Below, in pieces: positions 25,246-36,587 of a stretch of DNA of 64,000 bases (position 1 is its first letter; each line of letters begins with the position of its first letter). The stretch is from Nitrospiraceae bacterium (GTDB lineage Bacteria; Nitrospirota; Nitrospiria; Nitrospirales; Nitrospiraceae): NCBI GenBank assembly GCA_037442105.1, contig JBBIQV010000004.1, forward strand, positions 1-64,000, read 5' to 3'. A program made the translations under genes and the position numbers. Below the pieces are notes generated by a model. It saw only the letters and a program-made list of their open reading frames with translations, was not told the origin of the DNA and ran no database searches.

Positions 25246-25749
25246 GTGCGAGTTAATGCTGATGAACTGAGTTTGAAAGACAAGGTCGTCTTCATCAACC
25301 GGGTCGCCAAAGTGGTGAAAGGCGGCAAGCGATTCAACTTCTGCGCACTGGTGGTGGTGGGCGATGGCCATGGGTGGGTGGGAATAGGCAAGGGGAAGGC
25401 TGCAGAGGTGCCGGTCGCCATTTCTAAAGCGGTGGAACAGGCCAAAAAGCATCTCGTTCATGTGCCGTTGAAAGAAGGCACGATTCCCCATGAAGTGCAT
25501 GGCCTCTTCGGCGGGGAACACGTACTGCTCAAGCCGGCGTCGGAAGGAACGGGCATCATTGCGGGTGGAGCGGTACGGGCTGTTGTGGAATTGGTCGGGG
25601 CGCACAATGTGATCGCCAAGACTCTGGGGCGCGGGAATCCATTTAATACCGTACGGGCCGCGTTGGAAGGCCTCACCCAACTTCGAAATCCTCACGATGT
25701 ATTGCGGCTTCGGCGTGGGGTAGAAGCGGAAGCGCAACAGAGGGTGTAG
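25246..25749 (+). CDS. rpsE: 30S ribosomal protein S5
   Basis: [20 protein letters not shown]. Confidence 0.98.
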   Translation: MRVNADELSLKDKVVFINRVAKVVKGGKRFNFCALVVVGDGHGWVGIGKGKAAEVPVAISKAVEQAKKHLVHVPLKEGTIPHEVHGLFGGEHVLLKPASEGTGIIAGGAVRAVVELVGAHNVIAKTLGRGNPFNTVRAALEGLTQLRNPHDVLRLRRGVEAEAQQRV

Positions 25750-25753
25750 GGGC

Positions 25754-25963
25754 ATGAGCACGGTAAATCGCACGAACAAGTCGGGGCATGGATTGCGGAT
25801 CACGCTCAAGCGGAGTCCGATCGGCGCTCCTCAACGCCATCGTCTCGTGCTGCGAGGGTTGGGATTGCGGAAGGTGAGCCAATCGGTCGTTCGGCCCGAC
25901 ACTCCTCAAGTGCGAGGGATGGTTAAGAAGGTCGACTATTTGTTGGAAGTGCAGCCACAATGA
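25754..25963 (+). CDS. rpmD: 50S ribosomal protein L30
   Basis: ITLKRSPIG, LGLRK. Confidence 0.96.
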   Translation: MSTVNRTNKSGHGLRITLKRSPIGAPQRHRLVLRGLGLRKVSQSVVRPDTPQVRGMVKKVDYLLEVQPQ

Positions 25964-26406
25964 ACTTACATGAACTGGCGCCTCCCGCGGGGGCAAAGAA
26001 AAAAAGGAAGAGGATTGGCCGAGGACCTGGGTCGGGACATGGAAAGACTGCGACCAAAGGGCATAAGGGATTACTGGCGCGATCAGGAGGGGGCAAACGC
26101 CCTGGGTTCGAGGGCGGGCAGATGCCCCTTATCAGGCGTCTTCCGAAGTTCGGGTTTCGCAACCCATTCCGAACCGAATACAGCATCGTGAATCTTAAAA
26201 ATCTGGCCGACCTGATGAACGACCCGATCACGCCGGCGGTATTGATCGAAGCTGGGTTGATCAAGCGCGACCGACAGCCGATCAAAGTCCTCGGGGCGGG
26301 AGAGTTGAAGCGGCCGATCGTGGTCCAAGCGCACAAGTTCAGCAAGTCCGCGGAGGCGAAAATTCAGGCGGCTGGAGGGAGAGCCGAGGTCATTCGCAGT
26401 GTTTGA
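25960..26406 (+). CDS. rplO: 50S ribosomal protein L15
   Basis: GRGPGSGHGKT, GFEGGQMPL. Confidence 0.98.
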   Translation: MNLHELAPPAGAKKKRKRIGRGPGSGHGKTATKGHKGLLARSGGGKRPGFEGGQMPLIRRLPKFGFRNPFRTEYSIVNLKNLADLMNDPITPAVLIEAGLIKRDRQPIKVLGAGELKRPIVVQAHKFSKSAEAKIQAAGGRAEVIRSV

Positions 26407-27712
26407 GCGACTCCTGACCAGTTTTCAGAACGTTTTCAAGATTCCCGAGCTGCGCATCAGGGTCCTCTTTACTCTCGGGATGCTTGTTGTGTACCGGATC
26501 GGGGCGCATATCCCGACGCCGGGCATCAACGGCGACGCGTTATCGGAATTTCTACAAAAGCAAGGTGGTGCGCTCCTCGGGTTTTTGGATATTTTTTCCG
26601 GAGGCTCGCTGTCTCGGCTTACGATCTTTGCGCTGGGGATCATGCCCTATATCAGCGCATCGATCATTCTCCAGTTGCTGACGGTGGTGATCCCCCATCT
26701 GTCCAAGCTGGCCAAGGAGGGTGAGCGGGGGCGAAAGAAAATCATCCAATATACCCGTTTTGGGACCATTGGGATCGCGCTCATCCAGGGATTTGGGATT
26801 GCCGTCGGCTTGGAAGGGATGAACCAAGGCGCGTTCGTCCTGACGCCGGGGTGGGGCTTTCGGATGATGACCGTGATTACGCTCACGGCTGGGACCGGCT
26901 TCCTGATGTGGCTCGGTGAGCAAATCACGGAGCGCGGGATTGGAAACGGCATTTCGCTGATCATTTTTTCCGGTATTGTGGCGCGATTGCCGAGCGCCAT
27001 CGCCCAGACCTTTGATTTGTACAAGGTCGGGCAGTTGAGTTTTGTTCTGCTCGTTGTTTTGGCTCTTGTCATGCTGGCGGTGGTCGCAGCGATCGTGTTT
27101 TTGGAAAGCGGGCGCCGGAAGATCGCGGTTCAGTATGCCAAGCGGGTGATCGGGCGGCGGGTGTACGGGGGGCAGAGTACCCACATCCCGTTGAAAATCA
27201 ACACCGCCGGTGTCATCCCACCGATCTTTGCGTCGTCAATCATTGCGTTTCCGGCGACGATCGCGGGGTTCTTTGAAACCCCCTGGGTGAAGTCGATCGG
27301 GGCCCAGTTGGCTCCCGGGTCGTTGCTGTACACGTTGTTGTACATCAGCCTGATTGTGTTCTTTTGTTTCTTTTACACGGCCGTCGTTCTGAATCCCGTC
27401 GATATGGCCGACAACATGAAGAAGTATGGAGGATTCATTCCCGGTATCAGGCCGGGTCAGCGCACCTCGGATTATATCTATAAGGTGCTCACCAGAATTA
27501 CGTTTGTGGGTGCCGTGTATCTGGCGATCGTATGCGTCATTCCTGAGTTCCTCATTTATAAGCTGAACGTGCCGTTTTATTTCGGAGGAACTTCGTTGTT
27601 GATCGTGATCGGTGTCGGGTTGGATACGGCTCAACAGATCGAGTCACACATGCTGATGCGCAACTATGAGGGCTTTCTGGCAAAGGGTCGTCTCCGAGGC
27701 CGGAGCGGGTGA
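26399..27712 (+). CDS. secY: Preprotein translocase subunit SecY
   Basis: ALGIMPYISASII, GIGNGISLII, FIPGIRPG. Confidence 0.99.
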   Translation: MFERLLTSFQNVFKIPELRIRVLFTLGMLVVYRIGAHIPTPGINGDALSEFLQKQGGALLGFLDIFSGGSLSRLTIFALGIMPYISASIILQLLTVVIPHLSKLAKEGERGRKKIIQYTRFGTIGIALIQGFGIAVGLEGMNQGAFVLTPGWGFRMMTVITLTAGTGFLMWLGEQITERGIGNGISLIIFSGIVARLPSAIAQTFDLYKVGQLSFVLLVVLALVMLAVVAAIVFLESGRRKIAVQYAKRVIGRRVYGGQSTHIPLKINTAGVIPPIFASSIIAFPATIAGFFETPWVKSIGAQLAPGSLLYTLLYISLIVFFCFFYTAVVLNPVDMADNMKKYGGFIPGIRPGQRTSDYIYKVLTRITFVGAVYLAIVCVIPEFLIYKLNVPFYFGGTSLLIVIGVGLDTAQQIESHMLMRNYEGFLAKGRLRGRSG

Positions 27713-27718
27713 TCGTCG

Positions 27719-28378
27719 ATGATGCGTTTCGTGTTTCTAGGGGCTCCAGGGGTGGGAAAGGGGACGCAGGCGGACCGCGTGGCGGCTCAGTTACATGTGC
27801 CTAAAATTTCCACTGGGGATCTCCTTCGCGAAGCGGTGCGGAACAAGACCTTATTGGGGTTGGAAGCCAAGAGCTACATGGATCAGGGTAAGCTGGTTCC
27901 AGATTCAGTCGTGATTGGGATGATCAGGGAGAAAATCGGTGAGCCGGCCTGTGCCGAAGGATTTATTCTGGATGGGTTTCCCAGAACGGTGCCGCAGGCG
28001 GAGGAGTTGGCGAAAATTCTGGATTCGTGCGGAACCCGCTTGGATCGGGCGATCAATTTTCAGGTCTCCCGTGAAGATGTCGTCAGACGGTTGAGCGGGC
28101 GGCGGAGCTGTCCGAAGTGCCAAGCTGTCTTCCATATAGAGTTCGCTCCCCCGCAGCGCGACGGGGTCTGCGACCGGTGCGGCAGCGCCTTAGTTCAGCG
28201 AAGCGACGACAAGAAGGAAACTGTCGAGGCTCGATTGAAGGTCTACGAGGAACAAACCGCGCCGCTAATCAACTATTACGAGCAAAGGAAGCTGTTGTCC
28301 TGTCTGGACGGAGCGGGCTCGGTAGATGCGGTCTACAACCGGCTGAGTAAACTGCTTGCGAGTTGCGGGATGGCATGA
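27719..28378 (+). CDS. adk: Adenylate kinase (Zn-lid)
   Basis: GAPGVGKGTQ, LDGFPRT, CPKC..CDRC. Confidence 0.98.
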   Translation: MMRFVFLGAPGVGKGTQADRVAAQLHVPKISTGDLLREAVRNKTLLGLEAKSYMDQGKLVPDSVVIGMIREKIGEPACAEGFILDGFPRTVPQAEELAKILDSCGTRLDRAINFQVSREDVVRRLSGRRSCPKCQAVFHIEFAPPQRDGVCDRCGSALVQRSDDKKETVEARLKVYEEQTAPLINYYEQRKLLSCLDGAGSVDAVYNRLSKLLASCGMA

Positions 28379-29124
28379 TCGTTTTTAAGACGCCTGATGA
28401 GATTGACATCATGGCCCGGGCGTCGAAGGTGGTCGCTGAAACATTAGAAGTTCTCAAAAAGGAAGTGCGGCCTGGCGTGACGACGGACGATCTCGACCGG
28501 GTGGCGGAGAAGGAAATCCGCGCGCGAGGAGGGACCCCGGCATTCAAAGGCTATCGGAACTATCCGAAGACCCTCTGCGCGTCGGTGAACGAGCAAGTCG
28601 TACATGGGATTCCGTCGAAACGGAAGTTGAAAGAAGGGGATATTATCGGTCTCGACTTGGGCGCTATAGTCGGAGGGTTCTACGGCGATTCGGCGGTGAC
28701 GGTTCCGGTCGGGACGATCGCCGAGGAAGCCGCGGAGTTAATTCGGGTAACAGAGGAGGCATTGATTCTCGGAATCGAGCAGGCGGTCGTGGGCAATCGG
28801 CTTTCGGATATCTCCCACGCGATTCAGCGTCGTGTCGAAGCGGCAGGATATTCGGTCGTCACCGAGTTCGTCGGGCATGGCATCGGACGACAACTCCATG
28901 AGGAACCCCAGGTTCCGAACTATGGGAAGCCGGGACAGGGGCCTCGCCTACAACCGGGAATGGTGCTCGCGATCGAGCCCATGGTGAATATGGGAGACAG
29001 CGCAATCCGGATCTTAGACGATCAGTGGACGGCGGTTACCAAGGATGGCAGTCTCTCCGCCCATTTCGAGCATACGATCGCGATTCAGCCCACTGGCCCG
29101 GCTCGGATTCTGAGCAAGTTGTAG
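28375..29124 (+). CDS. map: Methionine aminopeptidase type I
   Basis: VVHGIP, GHGIGRQLHEEP, AIEPM, SAHFEHT. Confidence 0.98.
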   Translation: MIVFKTPDEIDIMARASKVVAETLEVLKKEVRPGVTTDDLDRVAEKEIRARGGTPAFKGYRNYPKTLCASVNEQVVHGIPSKRKLKEGDIIGLDLGAIVGGFYGDSAVTVPVGTIAEEAAELIRVTEEALILGIEQAVVGNRLSDISHAIQRRVEAAGYSVVTEFVGHGIGRQLHEEPQVPNYGKPGQGPRLQPGMVLAIEPMVNMGDSAIRILDDQWTAVTKDGSLSAHFEHTIAIQPTGPARILSKL

Positions 29125-29166
29125 TGGGTTGCCGGAAAGCTTAGGCGAAGGAGGAACGAGGAGTTC

Positions 29167-29385
29167 GTGCCGAAAGAAGATGTGATCGAGGTCCAAGGGA
29201 CGGTGGCGGAGACATTGCCGAACGCGATGTTCCGGGTAAAGTTGGACAACGGTCACGTCATCCTTGCTCACATCTCCGGGAAAATGCGCATGCATTTCAT
29301 CCGCATTTTGCCGGGAGACAAAGTGACGGTGGAGTTGTCCCCCTACGATTTGACGCGGGGGCGTATTACGTACCGTTTCAAGTAG
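29167..29385 (+). CDS. infA: Translation initiation factor IF-1
   Basis: [23 protein letters not shown]. Confidence 0.99.
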   Translation: MPKEDVIEVQGTVAETLPNAMFRVKLDNGHVILAHISGKMRMHFIRILPGDKVTVELSPYDLTRGRITYRFK

Positions 29386-29401
29386 GAATGTGTGAGGGGT
29401 C

Positions 29402-29515
29402 ATGAAGGTCAAATCGTCGGTTAAACCGATTTGTGCGAAGTGCAAGGTCGTGCGACGCCGTGGAGTCGTGCGAGTGTTGTGCGAGAATCCGCGGCACAAA
29501 CAACGACAGGGATGA
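29402..29515 (+). CDS. rpmJ: 50S ribosomal protein L36
   Basis: Not in ORF track; hand-translated [37 protein letters not shown]. Confidence 0.97.
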   Translation: MKVKSSVKPICAKCKVVRRRGVVRVLCENPRHKQRQG

Positions 29516-29519
29516 ATCG

Positions 29520-29610
29520 GGGACAGATGAAGTACCCCTTGTGCTCGCGGAACCCCCACTTCAGAAAGTGGTCGTTCGACGCGCGCAGTGAGGGGTACTT
29601 CATCTGTCCC
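29520..29610 (+). repeat. Structured intergenic hairpin element, copy 3
   Basis: Core GTGCTCGCGGAACCCCCACTTCAGAAAGTGGTCGTTCGACGCGCGCAGT within a perfect 20-bp stem GGGACAGATGAAGTACCCCT/AGGGGTACTTCATCTGTCCC. Confidence 0.88.
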
Positions 29611-29639
29611 TAGGTAGGGCAAGGAAATTTGGAGGAAAC

Positions 29640-30032
29640 ATGGCGCGGATTGCGGGTGTGGACTTGCCGAGAGAGAAACGCGTTGATGTCGGGTTGACTT
29701 ATATCTATGGAATCGGGCGAATCTCTGCGCAACAGATTCTGGCGAAAGCCGGCGTGGACAGAGCTGTCCGAGTTAAGGATTTGACCGAAGATATGGTCGT
29801 CAAGCTCCGCGAAGTCATCAACGAGTTCTCCGTTGAAGGCGATCTTCGCAAAGAAGTCAGCATGAACATCAAGCGTCTCATCGACACAGGAACCTATCGC
29901 GGGCTCCGTCATCGAAAGGGGCTGCCGGTGCGCGGACAGCGGACCAAGACGAACGCACGGACGCGGAAAGGTCGTCGCGCAGGAGTTGGCAGTAAGCCGA
30001 AGAAACCGACTGCCGCACCAAGTGGTGCATGA
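29640..30032 (+). CDS. rpsM: 30S ribosomal protein S13
   Basis: [22 protein letters not shown]. Confidence 0.99.
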   Translation: MARIAGVDLPREKRVDVGLTYIYGIGRISAQQILAKAGVDRAVRVKDLTEDMVVKLREVINEFSVEGDLRKEVSMNIKRLIDTGTYRGLRHRKGLPVRGQRTKTNARTRKGRRAGVGSKPKKPTAAPSGA

Positions 30033-30065
30033 CATCAATCGCAAGCAGAATCGTAGGGGGCGTGC

Positions 30066-30449
30066 ATGAGCGTCAAAAAAGGTAAGAAAAAAGAACGGAA
30101 GCTGGTCCAAAGCGGAGTGGCGCACGTGCAGGCGTCCTTCAATAATACGATTGTAACGATTACTGATTTGAGTGGGAACACGGTGGTCTGGTCGAGCGCG
30201 GGTAATCAGGGGTTCAAAGGATCGCGCAAAAGCACGCCGTTTGCCGCCCAGCGGGCCGGCGAGGCTGCGGCGAAGAAGGCGATGGAGTCCGGTATGCGCC
30301 AAGTGGATGTCTATGTCAACGGCCCGGGGTCGGGACGAGAATCGGCGATTCGGTCGCTCCAAGGTGCGGGGCTGCGCATCAATCTGATTCGGGACGTGAC
30401 GCCGATTCCGCACAATGGGTGTCGTCCGCCGAAACGGAGACGCGTGTAG
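30066..30449 (+). CDS. rpsK: 30S ribosomal protein S11
   Basis: [23 protein letters not shown]. Confidence 0.99.
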   Translation: MSVKKGKKKERKLVQSGVAHVQASFNNTIVTITDLSGNTVVWSSAGNQGFKGSRKSTPFAAQRAGEAAAKKAMESGMRQVDVYVNGPGSGRESAIRSLQGAGLRINLIRDVTPIPHNGCRPPKRRRV

Positions 30450-30572
30450 CAGAATTGACGATTTGGGGATTTGGTAATTTGGTGATTGAATCATCGGATC
30501 AGAATATCGGTGGGCAAGAGTCTTTCAGATCGCCTGATCACCAAATCATGAAATTCTGAAGAGGAGGATAGA

Positions 30573-31199
30573 GTGGCGAAATATCGAGGCCCTGTCTGTC
30601 GGCTGTGCCGGAGAGAAGGTGAAAAACTGTTCTTGAAAGGGTCCCGCTGCATGACGGAAAAGTGCGCCATCGAGCGGCGCAGCTATCCGCCCGGCCAGCA
30701 TGGTCAGGCTCGTCAGCGTACCTCCGATTACAGCTTGCAGTTGCGCGAGAAGCAAAAATTGCGGCGGATCTATGGTTTGCAGGAGTGCCAGTTCCGCGGT
30801 GTGTTCGAGCGAGCAGAACGGCAGCCGGGAGTTACCGGCGACATGTTGCTTCGTCTCTTGGAATGCCGTTTGGACAATGTCGTGTATCGGCTTGGTTTTG
30901 GAGCTTCGCGCAAGGAGGCGCGGCAGTTTGTTAATCACGGCCATATCTCGGTGAGGGGCAGAAAGGTGACCATACCAAGCGCATTGGTCAAAGCCGGTGA
31001 TGTGGTGGAGGTGCGGCCGGGCAGCCGGAATCTGGCCTCGATCCAGGCGGCGCTTGAAGCGGTGGACGGGCGTGGGATTCCGGAGTGGCTGGAGTTGGAC
31101 AAGGCGGCCTTCAAAGGAACGGTTCGCGCCTTGCCGACAAAAGAGCAAATCGCTCTGCCGGTGAACGAGCAGATGGTTGTGGAACTGTATTCCAGGTAG
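30573..31199 (+). CDS. rpsD: 30S ribosomal protein S4
   Basis: [22 protein letters not shown]. Confidence 0.99.
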   Translation: MAKYRGPVCRLCRREGEKLFLKGSRCMTEKCAIERRSYPPGQHGQARQRTSDYSLQLREKQKLRRIYGLQECQFRGVFERAERQPGVTGDMLLRLLECRLDNVVYRLGFGASRKEARQFVNHGHISVRGRKVTIPSALVKAGDVVEVRPGSRNLASIQAALEAVDGRGIPEWLELDKAAFKGTVRALPTKEQIALPVNEQMVVELYSR

Positions 31200-31282
31200 C
31201 ACGTGGCCCGACTTGTCTGGTTCGCCGTTCGCGACACGGCCCACGGGCTTTCTGGCTCATGTGATCATATGAAGGGGGAGTC

Positions 31283-32284
31283 ATGCTCAAATCGATGAAA
31301 GACTTTCAGATCCCGATGCGGGTCGAAGTCGACAAGGACACGCTATCCCCAACATTCGGCAGGTTCACCACGGAGGCGTTCGAACGGGGGTTCGGGACGA
31401 CCATTGGAAACGCGCTGCGCCGCGTGCTTCTTTCCTCCTTGACCGGCGCGGCGGTGACGACCGTGAAGATCGAGGGTGTGCTGCATGAATTTTCCACGAT
31501 TCCTGGGGTGACCGAGGATGTCACGTCGATCATCCTCAACATCAAGAGCCTCCGTCTCGCGTCACACACGGACAAGCCCAAAACGATTCGCCTGAAGAAG
31601 AAAGGACCGGGCGAAGCGAAAGGATCGGATATCATCCATGACGGCGATCTCACGATACTCACTCCGGATCTTCACATTGCGACCTTGGATAAGGATGCGA
31701 TGCTTGACATGGAGATGGTGGTGAAACACGGGCGGGGATACGTGCCGGCTGAACGTAACAAGGAAGAAGGGCTGCCGATCGGCGTGATTGCCGTGGATTC
31801 CATTTTTTCTCCCATTAAACGGGTGAATTTTCATGTCGAGAATGCCCGGGTCGGGCGGATGACTGATTATGACAAGCTGACCTTTGAGATTTGGACCGAC
31901 GGTACCATCACTCCGCGCGATGCCTTGTCAACAGCCGCCAGCATCTTGCGCGACCATCTGGATATCTTCATCGAGGCGGAGGCCCGCACAGAGGCACGAC
32001 CCGAAGTGGCGAAAGAGGAGGCGGCTCGCGAACTCAACAAGAACCTCTTCCGCAGCGTGAACGAGCTGGAGTTGTCGGTCAGGGCCGCGAACTGTCTGAA
32101 GAACGCCAATATCAAGACGATTGCGGATCTGGTGCAAAAAACGGAAACCGAGATGTTGAAGACCAAGAACTTCGGGAAGAAATCGTTGAATGAGATCAAA
32201 GAAATACTCTCAGAAATGGGGTTAGGCTTGGGAACCAAAATCGATGCGCTCACGTCGAGCGATAGCGGCTCCAAGGCTGAATGA
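31283..32284 (+). CDS. rpoA: RNA polymerase alpha subunit
   Basis: GTTIGNALRRVLLSS, LELSVRAANCL. Confidence 0.99.
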   Translation: MLKSMKDFQIPMRVEVDKDTLSPTFGRFTTEAFERGFGTTIGNALRRVLLSSLTGAAVTTVKIEGVLHEFSTIPGVTEDVTSIILNIKSLRLASHTDKPKTIRLKKKGPGEAKGSDIIHDGDLTILTPDLHIATLDKDAMLDMEMVVKHGRGYVPAERNKEEGLPIGVIAVDSIFSPIKRVNFHVENARVGRMTDYDKLTFEIWTDGTITPRDALSTAASILRDHLDIFIEAEARTEARPEVAKEEAARELNKNLFRSVNELELSVRAANCLKNANIKTIADLVQKTETEMLKTKNFGKKSLNEIKEILSEMGLGLGTKIDALTSSDSGSKAE

Positions 32285-32302
32285 CGAACAAGAGGATGGA
32301 CC

Positions 32303-32749
32303 GTGCGGCATAATAAGAAGGGTAGACAGCTCGGGCGGAAAACCAAACACCGATGGGCGCTCTTTCGGAGCCTCGTCACCTCGTTGCTTGATCAAGAGCG
32401 AATTGAAACCACCGCGGCGAAGGCGAAAGAAGTACGAGGGTTTACCGACCGGATGATTACGCTTGGGAAAGAAGGAAGCTTGCCGGCCCGACGGCGCGCG
32501 CTCGGCTTTCTCCGAAGCAAGGCGGTCGTCTCGAAATTATTCAGCGATGTTGCGGCGCGGTTTCGAGACCGATCCGGAGGGTATACCCGTATTATCCGAA
32601 CGCGCCGCCGTGTGGGGGATGCCGCGGAGATGGTGGCCATTGAGCTCGTGGCGAAGGCGGAACCAACAAAGAGCACCAAGAGTCGTGGGACTACCAAGAG
32701 TCCGGATGCCGGCGCTCCATCTCAACCAGAGGCGTCGGCCGCTTCGTAA
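32303..32749 (+). CDS. rplQ: 50S ribosomal protein L17
   Basis: MRH..GRQLGR, GGYTRI. Confidence 0.98.
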   Translation: MRHNKKGRQLGRKTKHRWALFRSLVTSLLDQERIETTAAKAKEVRGFTDRMITLGKEGSLPARRRALGFLRSKAVVSKLFSDVAARFRDRSGGYTRIIRTRRRVGDAAEMVAIELVAKAEPTKSTKSRGTTKSPDAGAPSQPEASAAS

Positions 32750-32796
32750 CCTTTCACTTCCTATTCCTCCCAGATATCGACCGACTAACAAGGATG

Positions 32797-32824
32797 GACA
32801 GGATTTCGCTCAGGGGATCCTGTC
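32797..32824 (+). terminator. Hairpin after rplQ (possible end of alpha operon)
   Basis: GACAGGATTTC...GGGATCCTGTC stem; no immediate U-tract. Confidence 0.4.
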
Positions 32825-32949
32825 AGCGCGTCCTATTGCTCGTCCTCAGTTTTCTCTTCGGCCCAAAGAGTTTACTTGCCTTCGGCCTGATGCTATTATC
32901 GTGCCATGTGGTTCAGATTATTTTCATGTGACGTGTAGGAGGAGGTGCG

Positions 32950-33522
32950 ATGTGGGAACGGTGGCTTCGCAGAGGCTTGCTCGGTTTGAGCGCCATCCTC
33001 GCATCGTCTCTGGCCTATCTCTTACTGACTCGCTCCGAGTCAGTCTCTACGCCGCAGGTGGCGCCCTCTTCAAGTTTTGAACATGCCGATGGCAGCATCC
33101 AAGAATTTACGTTTCGGCAAACGAAGGGTGCGACTGTGCAATGGGAGGTACATGCCAAGCATGCGCGGCTTTTTCAGGGCGAACATCGGGCTGTGCTCGA
33201 CGATGTTCAGGTGACTCTGTATGGTGACAGAGGGAAGCAACTCAGTTTGCACGGCGACGAGGGGACACTGGACACAGTCAAGAAAGATTTCGTGTTGTCG
33301 AACCGGAGTGTTCCTATTGCTGTTGAGACGAGCGACGGCTATACGATTTATACGAATCACTTAGCGTGGTCTGAGGGCCAGCGAGAAATTCGAACAAACG
33401 ATCCGGTGGTCATCAAGGGGCAGGGGATGGAGATCAACGGACAGGGTCTTCTCGCTAAGTTGGATTTAGAGGTATTCCAGGTCTTAGACGATGTTCAAGT
33501 GGATCTTGCTCCTGCTGAGTAG
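32950..33522 (+). CDS. lptC: LPS export protein LptC
   Basis: N-terminal TM then beta-jellyroll pattern; upstream of lptA/lptB. Confidence 0.85.
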   Translation: MWERWLRRGLLGLSAILASSLAYLLLTRSESVSTPQVAPSSSFEHADGSIQEFTFRQTKGATVQWEVHAKHARLFQGEHRAVLDDVQVTLYGDRGKQLSLHGDEGTLDTVKKDFVLSNRSVPIAVETSDGYTIYTNHLAWSEGQREIRTNDPVVIKGQGMEINGQGLLAKLDLEVFQVLDDVQVDLAPAE

Positions 33523-34096
33523 CGTCATGGGCAGCCTGGCCATGACGGCCTTGGGGGCCGATGCTGGTCTATCGCGGACGACCCCGTCGCAGGGAATCAG
33601 CACGACCATCACGTCGCAGCGTATGACGGTTCACAATCAGGATGGCCAAGCGATTTTCGAAGGGAGTGTGGTGCTGACGAAGGGCACGTTGGTTGTGCAT
33701 TCCGACAAGATGGTGGTCTCGTTCAGGCCGACGGACCAGGGTGCTGTGGAAACCAAGAATGGAGAAACAGGAAACAAGGCAGAAGTGAGCCGCGAGAAGG
33801 AGAGGGGAGGCGGGGCGCGCCGCGAGGCGTTCCCGGTGATGTCCAATCGCTCGGTGAGCACTATCGAAGCGACCGGCCGAGTCAAGATCGACAAAGAGGG
33901 AGGCCGTGCGACCTGTCAGAAGGCCGTTTTTTATCAAGACGAAGAAAAAATCGTGCTGACCGGTGAGCCGATCGCCTGGGAAAAAGGGACTCGAGTGACC
34001 GGGAAACAGATCACGATGTTTTTAGCTGAGGATCGGAGCGTGGTCGAAGGCGGTTCCCATGTCATGATTGAAGGAGAGGGAGGTTCAGGGCGTTGA
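33491..34096 (+). CDS. lptA: LPS transport periplasmic protein LptA/OstA
   Basis: Signal peptide, [23 protein letters not shown]. Confidence 0.88.
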   Translation: MFKWILLLLSSVMGSLAMTALGADAGLSRTTPSQGISTTITSQRMTVHNQDGQAIFEGSVVLTKGTLVVHSDKMVVSFRPTDQGAVETKNGETGNKAEVSREKERGGGARREAFPVMSNRSVSTIEATGRVKIDKEGGRATCQKAVFYQDEEKIVLTGEPIAWEKGTRVTGKQITMFLAEDRSVVEGGSHVMIEGEGGSGR

Positions 34097-34878
34097 TCCA
34101 GGCTTGTTCAGCGATACAAGACAAAACGGCCCCTCCAGCGCAGGACGGGAGGGTGGAGGAGCGTTTTGTCGCCACCAAGCTCGTGAAAAGTTTCAAAGGA
34201 CGGAAGGTCGTCAAGGGGGTCACGGTTGACGTTCACGCGGGCGAGGTGGTGGGGCTGCTGGGGCCAAATGGCGCTGGGAAAACCACAATTTTCGACATGA
34301 TGGTAGGGCTGTGCCAGCCTGATGAGGGCGCGATTGCACTGAATGGCGAGATCATCACGAACCTGCCGATGTATAAGCGCGCGCGCAAGGGGATCGGCTA
34401 CCTACCGCAGGAATCGTCGGTATTTCGGAGACTCTCGGTCGAAGATAATATTGCCGCGATCCTTGAAATGTTGGGTATGCCGGCGTCGGAGCGCAGGGAA
34501 CGGGTTGAAGAATTACTCAAGGAACTGGATCTCGCCTACATCCGGACCAGCAAAGCCTATGCCCTCTCGGGCGGCGAGCGTCGGCGTTTGGAAATCACTC
34601 GTGCACTGGCTACGAATCCTCGGTTTATGCTCTTGGATGAACCCTTCGCCGGGATCGATCCTATTGCCGTGACGGATATCCAGCAGATTATCACGCGACT
34701 GAAGCACAAACAGATTGGGATCCTGATTACCGATCACAATGTACAGGAAACTCTGTCCATCACGGATCGCGCGTATATTATTAATGAAGGGCTCATTTTG
34801 GAGGCGGGAACGCCTGATGTGATCGTGAAGAGTGAAACAGCGCGCGCCGTTTATTTAGGCGAACGGTTCCGTTTGTGA
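34093..34878 (+). CDS. lptB: LPS export ABC transporter ATPase
   Basis: [36 protein letters not shown]; start uncertain. Confidence 0.96.
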   Translation: MIQACSAIQDKTAPPAQDGRVEERFVATKLVKSFKGRKVVKGVTVDVHAGEVVGLLGPNGAGKTTIFDMMVGLCQPDEGAIALNGEIITNLPMYKRARKGIGYLPQESSVFRRLSVEDNIAAILEMLGMPASERRERVEELLKELDLAYIRTSKAYALSGGERRRLEITRALATNPRFMLLDEPFAGIDPIAVTDIQQIITRLKHKQIGILITDHNVQETLSITDRAYIINEGLILEAGTPDVIVKSETARAVYLGERFRL

Positions 34879-34897
34879 GCGACGAGGTGGCACACGC

Positions 34898-36409
34898 ATG
34901 AAGTTGCGGCTCGATCTGCGGCTCAGTCAAAAACTCATTATGACGCCGCAGTTGCAGCAGGCGATCAAGTTGTTGCAGCTCTCGCGGTTGGAACTTCAGC
35001 AGAGCCTCGCCCAGCATTTGATGGAAAACCCTCTGCTTGAGGAAGTGGCTTCCGACGGAGACGAGGCAGAGGCTTCCGGGGAAGAAGTCTCTCCTGGGGA
35101 GAGCCCGTCCTCTTCGACCAGTCAAGAGGAGGCCGGTGAGGGGAATGCGGCGGAAGGATCGGAAAGTCCTGAGGAACTGTCGGCGGCGAGCTGGGAGGAT
35201 TACTTTGATGGTGAGCGTCGCGCAGGCGATACGGAATATCCCTCCTCGAACCAAGACGAACTGCCGTCCTACGAACAGACGGTCGCCAAGTCCAATTCGC
35301 TCGAGGATCACTTGCTGTGGCAGTTATCACTCTCGCCCCTCTCGGAACGTGAGAAGGCTATCGGGCGTTTGATTCTTGGCAACCTCGATGATGACGGATA
35401 CCTCCGGATCTCCCTCGAAGAACTGGTGGCCCAGACCGATTTCACGATTGAGGAGGCGGAATCGGTCCTGAAGGACATCCAAACATTCGATCCTACCGGC
35501 GTGGGTGCGCGTAATCTCTCGGAATGTCTCCTGCTGCAGATCGGCTATCTCGGTCGCAGTCCAATGGGATCGCTCGGTGCACGACCGTGCGCCTTGCGGG
35601 GCTCGGTGATCGAGGGCATCATCGTTCACCACCTCAAAGATCTGGAGAAGAAACAGTACGGACGCATTGCCAAGGCGTTGAATGCAACCCTGGACGAGGT
35701 GTTTCAAGCGACCAAAATCATCGTGGGGCTTGAGCCGAAGCCGGGTCGGCCGTTTTCGAATAGCCAGAACTACGTGATCGTGCCCGACGTCTTTGTCGTC
35801 AAGAATGAAGGGGAGTGGGTCGTATTGCTGAACGATGACGGTTTGCCGAGGATGAGGATCAGCCCCTATTACAAGCAGATGCTCGCCTCTCGGACCAGTC
35901 CGTCGGCTGAGACCAAAGCCTACTTGGATGAAAAGTTACGGGCTGCGCAGTGGGTCATTCGAAGCATCGAGCAACGAAACAAGACGATCGTGAAGGTCGT
36001 CTCCAGTATTGTGAAGTTTCAGCAGCAATTCTTTGAGCAGGGGGTGCGGTATCTCAAGCCGTTGGTCCTCAAGCAGGTGGCAGAGGATATTGGGATGCAC
36101 GAATCCACGATTAGCCGCGTGACCGCCAACAAATATATGTACTGTCCCCAGGGGATGCTTGAGTTGAAGTATTTTTTCAATGCCGGTCTGCAACGAGTGG
36201 ATCAACCTTCTGACATGCTGTCGTCGGTGACGGTACGAGAAATGATCCGCAAGATGGTTGCGGAGGAAGATGCTTCGAGTCCGTTGAAGGACGAAGAGAT
36301 CGCCGCCCGCCTGCGCAACCAGCAAGTCATGATCGCTCGGCGAACAGTAGCAAAGTATCGTGCTGAAGAGAGCATCCCCTCTGCCAGCCAACGGCGCCGC
36401 TTCTTCTAG
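34898..36409 (+). CDS. rpoN: RNA polymerase sigma-54 factor
   Basis: MTPQLQQAIKLLQL, HESTISR, RpoN box ARRTVAKYR. Confidence 0.99.
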   Translation: MKLRLDLRLSQKLIMTPQLQQAIKLLQLSRLELQQSLAQHLMENPLLEEVASDGDEAEASGEEVSPGESPSSSTSQEEAGEGNAAEGSESPEELSAASWEDYFDGERRAGDTEYPSSNQDELPSYEQTVAKSNSLEDHLLWQLSLSPLSEREKAIGRLILGNLDDDGYLRISLEELVAQTDFTIEEAESVLKDIQTFDPTGVGARNLSECLLLQIGYLGRSPMGSLGARPCALRGSVIEGIIVHHLKDLEKKQYGRIAKALNATLDEVFQATKIIVGLEPKPGRPFSNSQNYVIVPDVFVVKNEGEWVVLLNDDGLPRMRISPYYKQMLASRTSPSAETKAYLDEKLRAAQWVIRSIEQRNKTIVKVVSSIVKFQQQFFEQGVRYLKPLVLKQVAEDIGMHESTISRVTANKYMYCPQGMLELKYFFNAGLQRVDQPSDMLSSVTVREMIRKMVAEEDASSPLKDEEIAARLRNQQVMIARRTVAKYRAEESIPSASQRRRFF

Positions 36410-36587
36410 TTGCCCTAACCGGTAGGAGCTGCAAATCCCCCACGCAGCATACGGTGAAGCTGGATGCCAGTCGAGTGCCCGGCCGGTTTGAATCTTGCGG
36501 GAGGTTGCGCGATCCCTCTGCGGCCGTGGCAAATTAATGTGGCGAGAGAATGTGACGTAGTGAGCTTTCTTGTCAGGAGGAAGATCG

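Noticed and set aside
32463..33080. 205-aa ORF bridging rplQ and lptC, and upstream-extended starts for tuf, rpsL, aroB and the ANTAR gene
   Set aside because: They overlap real genes or repeats and lack homology or an RBS; downstream starts fit family N-termini better
36410..36587. Possible 6S RNA or sigma54 promoter between rpoN and hpf
   Set aside because: No long closing stem with central bubble could be traced; TGGCAAATTAATGT lacks the -12 GC
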